A DNA stretch of 64,000 nt, taken from positions 425,451 to 489,450 of the forward strand of contig CBFFRP010000426.1 of NCBI GenBank assembly GCA_965644295.1. The letters run 5' to 3'. This document shows positions 1-9,904 of this stretch, piece after piece. Position numbers and translations under genes: made by a program. Below the pieces are notes generated by a model. That model was not told where the DNA came from. It did no database searches and saw only the letters and a list, made by a program, of their open reading frames with translations. Positions within the stretch are counted from its first letter, which is position 1, and every line of letters begins with the position of its first letter. The stretch comes from Paraphysomonas bandaiensis. Taxonomy: Eukaryota; Protista; Chrysophyceae.

Positions 1-1
1 A

Positions 2-1384
2 CGTATACGAACATTACTTGAATGTTATCAAAATTTATCAGATCATACTGATGATGTACGTGATTTTGAGTATTACTTACGAACGAAACTTCATTCACTG
101 TACATATGGAATGACTCTTCTGAAGATTCGGTATCTACTGTATGCGATCCTAATTTGTCAGAGTATTTGTCAATGATAAATAGCAGGATTCACAACGAAA
201 CAACGGAAAGCACTGCTGTCCTTAATGAATCATTGCCTTTCCGTCCTGTGCTTGCTAAAGAGTCAAGGAAACCGGAGCACCGAATTCAGTGGAAAGACCA
301 TATTGTCATAGCCTCCAAGGCGAAAGGAGTAGAACATTCTCAGTACGAGGCTTTAATTCAAGGGTTGGGGCTAGGTGGAGACGCTTCAGTGAATATGTGG
401 CGCTGTGGTCTAGCCACGGAATTAGCTGTGACCCCAGTGATCGTATGCTACGGTGATTTCTTTTGTATTTATTCTGTGTATCTTCTTCCCGAGAGCTATC
501 CTGTGATCGTGCAGCTATCGCCCCCTCTATCATATCTCACCCTCGAAGGAAGGTGTTGTATAGCGCGCTGGGGAATCGTGCTCGCAAAATTTGCTTCGGA
601 AACAATAGAAATCTTGAAAGAGCACCTTGACAGGAACTCTAGTCGACGAGGCATGTCGTGTGGGGTCTATATAGCACCGCACTTATTCTTCAAGCCGTTG
701 CATCGCTCGGATGATTGCACTTTAAATGATGGGTCTATCATGAGGACCAATTTGGAATCGTTGATGCTTGCTTATCATCGATTGCATACTGTTGAGAATT
801 CCGGTCGTTATTTTCTGTTCCCACTTGGAGTTATAGCGTACCCCTCTCATGAGTCACGGTGTTATGATTACCCCATACGTAGTGTCATGCATACCTCTAT
901 TCGTAAGTACTTTTTCAACCCTACTAGCCTTGTCCGAAATGGTTGCCCCATTGTAGTATATGAAGAGTTGAGTTCACCATGGTCTAATAAAAAGCCACCG
1001 CCTGAGGTGGTGCAGTCTTACGTAGATAATGTGAGAAAGGCTGTAGAAGTTTTGAATGCAGCTGAAATTTCTCACATGGACCTGAGGCCAGCTAACATTT
1101 TATGGAGAATTGATCCAGAGATTGACACAAATACAGAAGTGGAGATAAAAGTAATCGACCTTGAAGATTCGGTTCCTTTTGGATTCTACATACATTTTGT
1201 CGATGCTTTGCGCGATGACCCACGATACCCTGTCTCTATCAAGGATGAGCGAGAGCACATACCTGCAACCTCTGGTCATAATGATTGGTTTTGTAAGGCT
1301 GTGACTTCGTGGGCGCAGCAATTTGATGTTGATAGCTTCTCAGACTATATGGCTGCGAATTGGGAACGAATGTTCACTACATAA
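2..1384 (+). CDS. Crinkler/RHS-type effector-like protein: degenerate restriction-endonuclease-like region plus C-terminal protein kinase-like domain (5'-partial)
   Basis: Frame is open from position 2 to the stop at 1382-1384 with no intron needed. Kinase catalytic loop HMDLRPANILW and DFG-equivalent IDLED. Upstream KPEH..IVIASKAK..EALIQ resembles a degenerate PD-(D/E)xK motif followed by the Q helix. Confidence 0.65.
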   Translation, partial: RIRTLLECYQNLSDHTDDVRDFEYYLRTKLHSLYIWNDSSEDSVSTVCDPNLSEYLSMINSRIHNETTESTAVLNESLPFRPVLAKESRKPEHRIQWKDHIVIASKAKGVEHSQYEALIQGLGLGGDASVNMWRCGLATELAVTPVIVCYGDFFCIYSVYLLPESYPVIVQLSPPLSYLTLEGRCCIARWGIVLAKFASETIEILKEHLDRNSSRRGMSCGVYIAPHLFFKPLHRSDDCTLNDGSIMRTNLESLMLAYHRLHTVENSGRYFLFPLGVIAYPSHESRCYDYPIRSVMHTSIRKYFFNPTSLVRNGCPIVVYEELSSPWSNKKPPPEVVQSYVDNVRKAVEVLNAAEISHMDLRPANILWRIDPEIDTNTEVEIKVIDLEDSVPFGFYIHFVDALRDDPRYPVSIKDEREHIPATSGHNDWFCKAVTSWAQQFDVDSFSDYMAANWERMFTT

Positions 1385-1799
1385 GTATTCCGTTTTGGGT
1401 GATCGAAGCTGAAGTGTGTAAGGTTGTTCCAGGTATATTTGATTTTTAGGGGTAGTTAGAGCGTTGATTACTACAGTTATTGGTAACATATCATGTCACC
1501 TTGGTGGGAGAGAAAAAGAGGTGGGGGGAGGATATTGTGAGAAATTGACCTATTCTTAGCTCATCATACTCAGTTGTAATCGTTTCTCAAATGACAATCT
1601 ACTTTCAGCAATAATATGAAATATAACCGAAATATGTCTTGAACAAATCCTACTCGTTTTCTCAGTCTTTGTAATATAATGTTACTGCTATACACCCTGT
1701 AACACAGCAACATTCAACCCACTTGGTGAAGAATTGTGTATATATTTGACATTTGGATGGTGTACACCTAGTTAACTGTGTTAGAATTGGAAATTTCTC

Positions 1800-2155
1800 T
1801 GAAGTTAACCTCGCTCTAAACTCTACACGAAAAAACTTTGGAAGGAAGTAAATTCAGTTTTTGATGTGTAACTATACAAGATATAGAAGAGACTGGTGAA
1901 CATATTATGATAAATAGATGTTTCTGAGAACATACTATTTTCACCAGATAATGGAACATGTATAATATACATATATTGAAAGTCTTATTGTATTTAGCAA
2001 TATACATGTTGTGAAGTGTTGAGATTAACAATTATAATTCTATCTTGAGAGAAGTACATTGTGTACAACTTACTACATTCGCTCGTTACACCTGTTACAC
2101 ACTATTTACTTACTTCAATTGCAAAATATATATCACATCATACTGCAGAACTCTA
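1800..2155 (+). repeat. Dispersed non-coding repeat, family A copy 1
   Basis: Collinear blocks shared with 13561-13890: tgaagttaacc..gctcta; tatttt..caccaga/ataa; tacaacttac..cacactatt..tcaattgcaa.atatatatca..cagaactc. Confidence 0.7.
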
Positions 2156-2176
2156 CACTTCCACTCAATTAGATGT

Positions 2177-2519
2177 TGTTGAACATGCTAAAACTTATGA
2201 TGAACATTGCTATCGGATACGGAGCCACCGAACCTCATGGTACACAGGTGGACGTATGACTCCGCTGGTATACCTAGTTCTCACCCTACATTCACTACGA
2301 ACTAGGAACTAGGTACGACGAGCTCTCTTAATATTAGATATTAGGTACCTCTGCAATAATTTTTCTCCAAGATTTCGCTCCCTTCATTCAATAAATCCTG
2401 AACCACACGTATTGCCGTTTGTTATATATATATCAGCCATCTGTTGTCGACGGCTCATATGAATTAACGGACCATATAGAGGCATAGAGTAACGGTAGAG
2501 TAACCGAACACTTCTAACA
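2177..2519. mobile_element. Solo LTR (343 bp)
   Basis: Ends TGTT...AACA, flanked by the 4-bp direct repeat ATGT (2173-2176 and 2520-2523). Contains TATA-rich and AATAAA signals and no coding remnant. Confidence 0.65.
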
Positions 2520-2684
2520 ATGTTGGTGAGGAATTATCAGACAGACACATAGAACAATAACTGAAAATCATTAACAAAGAAATTAAATCTATAGAATTCT
2601 AAATATAACGCTAACACCATCAAACTCTAACATCATAAAGGAAAATTCGTATTCAGGTAATGGTCAAGCTAGATGAGAGATCAC

Positions 2685-3983
2685 TTCAAGACTAGTAGTC
2701 CAAGGTTCCTCACAGGTAGAGGGCATGGACTACAACAAAAAACACAACCCAGTAGCCAAGGCTCACTCAAGAGAAGGTATATATGTACCTACCAGTCGGA
2801 CGAGATGTTCCAAACGGGAAGTTTATACAAATCAGCATGACGAAACTGGAACAAAAGTTGCACAAATTATCTGGTAGACTGTGGTTTACCAGATCATTTT
2901 TAGTCAGTCTATAGATGTAAAACTAGTTTTTGTACACAACCGTTCCCATGTAATAATCATACTCTCTTATGGTTTACCAGATTAGTGTCCGGCCCATTTA
3001 ATCGTACAGCGAAGGAGATGGCCCTTGCTATCTTGCTCGATAGTGGCATGCCATCAGTATTTTAGTTCAAAGCAGTCTTGCATGCTGTACATCTGATCAA
3101 CAGGTTACCTACGAAGAAGACAACGAAAGGAAACATCTCACCTGTTGAGTATATTACTGGAACCGCACCAGATGTGAGTGACTTGAAGTCCAAGGATGAA
3201 AAAAGAGGAAGAAACTCGAAAACAGAGAGAATATGCTGATGCATTTCCCTATCAATCTGTTATTGGTGCCCTAATGTATTTGGCAGTGCATACTAGACCA
3301 GACATGGCATATACAGTAAATCTTCTCTCCCGGTTCACCACAAGACCCACGTACGCTGCATGTCAAGCTGCTCTGCATACTTTATTGTATTTAGAAAATA
3401 CAGTTGATCAAGGTATCATATTTCCTAATTTCACAGATGAAGACCCTCTATGTGTGTACTCTGATGCAGATTGGGCCGGAGATCTGGATACATGCAGATC
3501 CACTACAGGGTATATCGTCTACCTGTGGGGTGCTCCAATTGCATGGCAGTCCAGACTGCAGCCAACAGTGGCTACGTCGACTATATGGAAGCTGAATACA
3601 TGGCTTCATATGCTGCAATTCAGGAGATTGTATGGATACGAGGGGTGATGACAGAGCTCGGAATTCATGGATTTGAGCTCAGTAAGAATGCGTCTCCAAC
3701 AATCTTGAATATGGACAGCAAGAGTGCGATTGATCTATAGCTCAGAACCCGGTAAATCATAAACGTTCCAAGCATATTCGGATCAAGTATCATTGGATTC
3801 GAGAGCAAGTGGGAGACTGTATCGTCAGGCTGAATCATGTGCCAACGGCAGAGATGATAGCAGACGTGATGACTATAAAGCCTTGTCCGAGAAGCTGCAC
3901 TATCAGCATGTGCACACTATGGTATCGCACTATAAGTAGACTTGCTCATTACAGTATATTCTGATATGTTCATTGAGTGGGAG
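2685..3983 (+). mobile_element. Degenerate Ty1/Copia pol relics (RT fragment, integrase C-terminus, RT end/RNase H)
   Basis: RLVVQGSSQVEGMDY at about 2690-2735 (Copia RT motif). MALAILLDSGMP..AVHLINRLP at about 3018-3110 (integrase tail, with a stop). YQSVIGALMYLAVHTRPD, YSDADWAGD..RSTTGY, EAEY, DSKSAI and KRSKHIRIKYHWIRE (RNase H), with frameshifts and stops. Purine tract GAGTGGGAG at 3975-3983. Confidence 0.9.
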
Positions 3984-4263
3984 TATTGAACTACAACCAA
4001 CTCCTACGTTCGTACTTGAAGTTCGAACTTAAAGCCAATCGCTAGTAGTTATCCTGTATTCTATGTAACAATGAAATACAGAATATACATGACTACAGTA
4101 TAGGAGTAGCTATTACAAGTATACAAAGAAACTGAAAATATAGTAGCTGTTAGATATAATTTGTAGAACAGAATGTTGATGTTGGTGAATGACGTGGTTC
4201 CTAACTCACAGTGCTACAACATCATAAACTTACTATATCTCCTATAATATCAATCAGTCAATA
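3984..4263 (+). mobile_element. Probable 3' LTR of the Copia relic with TA...TA ends
   Basis: Begins immediately after the purine tract with TATTGA and ends with its reverse complement TCAATA (4258-4263). The partner LTR is not in view. Confidence 0.55.
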
Positions 4264-4489
4264 TTGCACTAACTAAAAGCTTAAATTAATAGTATTACGA
4301 TTCACTAAAATTCACTAACTTGGCTTTTAGTTGTGAATGTCTGGTTATTAGCAATATACATTTAATAGTAATGGTTTCTAGTATAAGCAAGAATACCTGA
4401 TATAATGTATAACCAGTAACCAATATTACATTAATTAAGGTATGAGAGAAACGATGAGGATGCATTGGTGGTGTTGATATTTTTTAATT

Positions 4490-4710
4490 GGAATCTCTTA
4501 TTGAACCTAATTAATATTTTAGTCACTCCAATATTGGTGTAAAAACCTAGTCCTTTAGTAATTCATATTTTCAGCTTACAATGACTAGGTTGACGGCTAG
4601 AGTATGCTCCCATATTAGAGTAATTTTTTATTTCTGACTAGGTGAATACCTTAAGCTTCTGGTCAACCTAGTCATAGTACACTGAAAATATGAATTATTA
4701 AATTACTAGC
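4490..4710. repeat. Fold-back (palindromic) MITE-like repeat, family B copy 1
   Basis: taattcatattttcagcttacaatgactaggttgac (4559-4594) is a near-perfect inverted repeat of gtcaacctagtcatagtacactgaaaatatgaatta (4662-4697). A homologous copy lies at about 47600-47745. Confidence 0.7.
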
Positions 4711-4890
4711 CATACAGGGTAAGAATTAGCGACGTAAAGCTTCACCAGCTTCAGGATACAGTGGCGCTCAAAAGAGAAGTATCTATCAGATTACACGATT
4801 AATCCACTATTATGTTCACGACAAGGAATCCACAGGTAATGTCGCAAAGTCTGTGGGATGACGATACAATAACAAAACAATGAAGAAAAA

Positions 4891-6867
4891 TTATCGAAGG
4901 TAAGACATTCCATTGGCACGTCTATATGAATTAATAGCTGCAGATATTTGTTTTTTCAAATCACTATCATCAGTGTTAGCACACTGACATATATCACTCT
5001 TTCTCACGGTTCGAACATTTGCACCACAGCTTAATAAAAGCTTTACAACTTCTAGCCTTCCATAGCGGCACGCAAGTGCAAGCGCAGTGCAGTTCACGCC
5101 ATTCCTAACATCCAAGTGGGATCCAGACTTAACTAAAACATCGACAATATCTAGATGACCATTTTGTGCGGCAGCATGAAGGGCGGTGTTCCCTCCGTCA
5201 CGTCGAGGTCGCGTGTCTTCCAGTTCAGGGGTCAGAACACTGGCAGCTAGTTCTGCAACAGCTCGGCAGCACGATTCATAGCCAAAAGTTTCAGCGTATT
5301 CTTTTGTACCACACACTACAGTAGGACTGTGAAGTGAAGAACGTGGTAAGCGCATTACTGGAGCAGTACTGTCTGGTACTCCGCCGTGGAAATGCCAGTG
5401 GGAAATATTATCCACCAAATCGAGCAACACATTCGATTTACTATTTCCTATTGAAGCATCCAATATATGATCAACAGGATAAGCATGAGATGCTAATTGC
5501 ATAGAATATTCATCTGAGGAAGAGAGAGCAGGGTCATGTTCAGAGGTCACATCCTCTGCTAAGACTTCTTCTATGTGCGCTTCCACACAACTATTATGAA
5601 GTAGCGATTCAGACTGTTCAGAGAATACTTCAAGTCGATTATCAGAAGAACCACTATGATGTTCAGTATTGTACACGGCTACAGCAGGGTCATGTTCAGA
5701 GGTCACATCCTCTGCTAGGACTTCTCCTATGTGCGCTTCCACACAACTATTATGAAGTACCGATTCAGACTGTTCAGAGAATACTTCAAGTCGATTATCA
5801 GAAGAACCACTATGATGTTCAGTATTGTATACAGCTACAGCAGGGTCATGTTCAGAGGTCACATCCTCTGCTAAGACTTCTCCTATGTGCGCTTCCACAC
5901 AACTATTATGAAGTAGCGATTCAGACTGTTCAGAGAATACTTCAAGTCGATTATCAGAAGAACCACTATGATGTTCAGTATTGTATACAGCTACAGCAGG
6001 GTCATGTTCAGGGGTCACATCCTCTGCTAAGACTTCTCCTATGTGCGCTTCCACACAACTATTATGAAGTAGCGATTCAGACTGTTCAGAGAATACTTCA
6101 AGTCGATTATCAGAAGAACCACTATGATGTTCAGTATTGTATACAGCCACAGCAGGGTCATGTTCAGGGGTCATATCCTCTGCTAGGACTCCTTCTATGT
6201 GCGCTTCCACACAACTATTATGAAGTAGCGATTCAGACTGTTCAGAGAATACTTCAAGTCGATTATCAGAAGAATCACTATGATGTTCAGTATTGTATAC
6301 AGCTACAGCAGGGTCATGTTCAGAGGTCACATCCTCTGCTAGGACTTCTCCTATGTGCGCTTCCACACAACTATTATGAAGTAGCGATTCAGACTGTTCA
6401 GAGAATACTTCAAGTCGATTATCAGAAGAACCACTATGATGTTCAGTATTGTATACAGCCACAGCAGGGTCACGTTCAGGGGTCACATCATCTGCTAGGA
6501 CTTCTTCTATATGCGCTTCACAGTGTTTTCGGTGGTTATGTATAAGAATATGTTCATTTGATGGTTGCGTGTAGAATTTTTGTGTGAAGAACTCACCAGG
6601 GGTGATACTCTCTATCCCTGGAGGGGGGCTGCATGATTTCTTCAAATGATTTGACAGTTGTGGCAAAAAGCAGTTCTGGGTAGCTGAGCTGGCCACAATA
6701 CCCTCTGAGCCACTCTTATTTTCTAATACTGATACGTCATCATCGCTATCACTACTCATCATTTCCATAGCATAGGTCATTGGAGGAGGAACAGGTGTAC
6801 ATTTAGCAATATTTAATGAATACTCCTCAATTTCTTTCTGAAGATTAAAATGAAATTCAATTGTCAT
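4891..6867 (-). CDS. Ankyrin-repeat protein with an acidic, His-rich 52-aa tandem repeat
   Basis: 658-aa ORF. C-terminal ankyrin motifs GNTALHAAAQNGHLDIVDVLV and NCTALALACRYGRLEVVKLLL. Confidence 0.85.
   Translation of the reverse strand: MTIEFHFNLQKEIEEYSLNIAKCTPVPPPMTYAMEMMSSDSDDDVSVLENKSGSEGIVASSATQNCFLPQLSNHLKKSCSPPPGIESITPGEFFTQKFYTQPSNEHILIHNHRKHCEAHIEEVLADDVTPERDPAVAVYNTEHHSGSSDNRLEVFSEQSESLLHNSCVEAHIGEVLAEDVTSEHDPAVAVYNTEHHSDSSDNRLEVFSEQSESLLHNSCVEAHIEGVLAEDMTPEHDPAVAVYNTEHHSGSSDNRLEVFSEQSESLLHNSCVEAHIGEVLAEDVTPEHDPAVAVYNTEHHSGSSDNRLEVFSEQSESLLHNSCVEAHIGEVLAEDVTSEHDPAVAVYNTEHHSGSSDNRLEVFSEQSESVLHNSCVEAHIGEVLAEDVTSEHDPAVAVYNTEHHSGSSDNRLEVFSEQSESLLHNSCVEAHIEEVLAEDVTSEHDPALSSSDEYSMQLASHAYPVDHILDASIGNSKSNVLLDLVDNISHWHFHGGVPDSTAPVMRLPRSSLHSPTVVCGTKEYAETFGYESCCRAVAELAASVLTPELEDTRPRRDGGNTALHAAAQNGHLDIVDVLVKSGSHLDVRNGVNCTALALACRYGRLEVVKLLLSCGANVRTVRKSDICQCANTDDSDLKKQISAAINSYRRANGMSYLR
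5527..6519. repeat. 156-bp coding tandem repeat, about 6.4 copies
   Basis: cagggtcatgttcag recurs every 156 bp. Unit EAHIGEVLAEDVTSEHDPAVAVYNTEHHSGSSDNRLEVFSEQSESLLHNSCV. Confidence 0.95.
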
Positions 6868-7685
6868 ATCTCGTATACTTTCCCCTGTAAGAGGGTCTAT
6901 ATTAGGGTGTTTACGTAGAGCATCATTGAGTACAGTACACTCATATATATCACCCGTCTCTCTGTATTATATGAATACATTAAACATAGTAGTATATATA
7001 TATATATATACTCATAATACCTTAATATTACAGGAATATTCATGAGTTTAGATGATAGAGCACAGTGATATTGTTGAGGGATAGTACTGGAATACATAGT
7101 GATGTAATAATCTATGATATAATTCTGATGATATTATACATACTTAAGTTGAGATGTATGTATGTATGTATGTGCTAATAGAATAGCCAGATAGTGATAT
7201 ATGTAGAAACTCTATCTAAGATATTTTGATGCTATCCACTCGAGTGGTATTTACTCTTTTAACTGATTTATATATATAAGAGTATAAATAACCCGAAGAA
7301 ATGTAAGAGTTGGGAGTTTTTATATACTGAATATACATTATACAGTATCCTAATGATTCCATATTCCAGGTTTTAGGTAATAGGATGGAGAAAATCCTTC
7401 TAGTTTTTCGAAAAACTGTAGATATTATATCAAATATCTCATCCAATGGTAGTCTGATGTACTGTGCTATACATATACAGCAGTATGTGATGGATGGAGT
7501 ATTCATGTGGATGTGGTGTGTACATGCATACACACACTCCTACAGGATGTCGCTATGTTTCATTTTTGTCTCAAGTAGTCTCTATACCAGGCACTGTGGT
7601 AAGGTAAGGTATGACTGTGTATAGTTCAGACAACGTTAGTAATCTCTTACAAACACAATATTAATAGAGTTAGAAAGGGTTGATA

Positions 7686-8611
7686 ATGGAAGATAATGGA
7701 TCAACAACAGATTCTGAAACAATTTCAAAGAAAAACAATGAAGATGAGATCATTGCTGTTATATTAGTTTCAACTCTTATCCTCCTTATTATACTTGGAG
7801 TGTATATATGGATTAATCGAAAGAAATATGGATTCGTATCACAGTAAGACCATATACAGATCATATATTTTCTGATAATATCAATTCTCATTGCACAGGG
7901 TGACGAAACAACCTGCTATCGTGCCAAGAGAAAGGGAAATTTACTATAAAGCAAAGGCTGAGATCCCATTAGACGATCCTAATCGAACTGAAGAACTCAA
8001 GAAATTGCTGATGCGTCGTGCGATGTTTACCATCCCTATGGTGTTGTCACTGCAGAATTCGGGAACTTCCGTTCAGCGCCTATACAACCAGGGCATGTTG
8101 ACGGATGACATATATGAAGGTGTGAAGGAAACCAAGGCATTCGTCGACGCAGAGTTTCCTGAAGTCCAAATGGAAGCAGATGAACTTCATGAGGGTTGGG
8201 GAGCCCATATATGGCCTGAGGCAATGAGGTTTCACCAGGTATTTCGATCATTGGCGAATATGTTTTCACCGTGTTTTATATCTGTTGATGCACAGATGTT
8301 GCAACAGCATACGGAAGAAAAGCAGAAGGAGCAATCTACTGAGCGTATGTCTACTGAAAAAAGACAGGTATGGTCTTATCACTTATAAATCTGTCTCAAT
8401 CAGTACATGTGACATGCATACGTAGCAACTCGCTGAGAAGCGGCGCCAGAAGACAAAGCTCTTAAAACGAGAGAACGAAGCAAAGCGAAAAGCAGAAGAA
8501 GCGGAAAAAGCTGCCCGTGAACTCATCGAGGTACTACTTTACTAATTCTAGCAGTTATACTGATCCATCATGTAGGAGGAAAACAAGAAACAGGGGAAAA
8601 AGAATGCGTAA
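7686..8611 (+). CDS. SEC66: ER translocon accessory subunit Sec66/Sec71-like (multi-exon)
   Basis: Exon 1 MEDNGSTT..IIAVILVSTLILLIILGVYIWI gives a single TM segment. Then KKLLMRRA..LYNQGMLTDD..EFPEVQMEADELHEGWGAHIWPEA matches the Sec66 pattern (LLRRA..G...DD..EA..L..GWG..I), followed by a charged coiled-coil tail. Introns at 7844-7898, 8239-8295 and two further 3' introns. Confidence 0.75.
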
Positions 8612-9904
8612 TACTATAATTAGATTTATGAACAGAGTATAACCTTAACTTATAGTTATGTAATAACTGTAATTCTCACGTTAGAGCTGATTTGTGGGCA
8701 GGATCTTAATGGTTAGTTACACTGTTGGAGATAGCGATGACGTAATGACTGCAAGTATTCTAGTACAGCTTGTTATTGAATATTGCATTTCACTTTATGA
8801 GGACACGATATATATAAAAGGTCATAATATAAAATCTAAAAGTCTTTCCGGGCTCTTGAATATACTTGATTACTTAGTTACTTAGTCATCATTACTTCTA
8901 TTACAACACTACTGTCGTTACGGCAGATACCTGCACTGCATTCATAATTTCTCATTTCTCCCATTTGGTACACTAACAATTTGGATTGTCTATATTAATA
9001 GTTAATTCTCACTAAGTCAGATCAAAGGCTGTTTAATTCTATTGCTAGTACAACGTTCATTTCTATTCGTACTGCTAATTTTATAAACGCATTCCTGAGA
9101 ATTTACAATGGTTCAACTGCTAGATTTTGGAAATACAAATCATAATGATAAATAACTTTACTGAAAAGAAAATATACAAGAAAGGTGAGAAAAGTAAGGC
9201 TCAGAGTAGAAGCATATGCAAAAATGTTACTTGCAGCGAGTCCGTCAATGCATGTCATCTTAGATACTTTTCTACTACTCATCTGCACTGCAGACATCTG
9301 GTACCATACATATGCTGATATAAAGCAAGAGTACCTTTCTCTGATGCTTCAAAGAATCAGTTGAAGAAAAAACCATTTCAAATTCTATTTAATTTACAAA
9401 AACGATAAGATTTCCATCATTATCTACACTGCTAGTATAATACTGCAGTAGAGATGGCCTGGAAGGGTCTAGGCAACAATAGTCTACATTAGACCATACA
9501 TTCAGTTACAGGAAATAGATCCAAAGTAAATTTGTGTACAATTTCTATCCCTTTCATCTGTCTTTATGTGCATTGCCGCCGATATATGCATTAAGATATT
9601 AAGATATGTGACGATATCTTGATATGATACCATCACATGGCTGTTTACTATAAACCCATACTTTTCGTCGAAATCCTATATTTTTACACTTTTCTGTTCA
9701 CATACTGCTGTATATTGGTAACAATAATAACAGAAAACTTGTTTTTGAGGTCTATAAACTGAGGATATTAAAACTTTATGATCGAAAAATTGGTATTATT
9801 AGCTACAAGTGGTTTATAAGACTATGATAAATACAAGTGTAGCTACTGCTCTCATATCTATATATACATACATACATACATTCAATGGACTATTGAGAGA
9901 CATC

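Noticed and set aside
5527-6519. CRISPR-like array
   Set aside because: Units are contiguous 156-bp coding repeats with no unique spacers; eukaryotic context and no cas genes.
6897-7624. Tyr/Ile-rich short ORFs in intergenic DNA (also 16837-17210, 20011-20403, 31782-32138)
   Set aside because: Products of TA/TG-rich promoter sequence, with no homology cues.
9127-9318. Mutator/SWIM transposase remnant (ESVNA..CRH)
   Set aside because: Too short and degenerate, and no TIR or TSD found.
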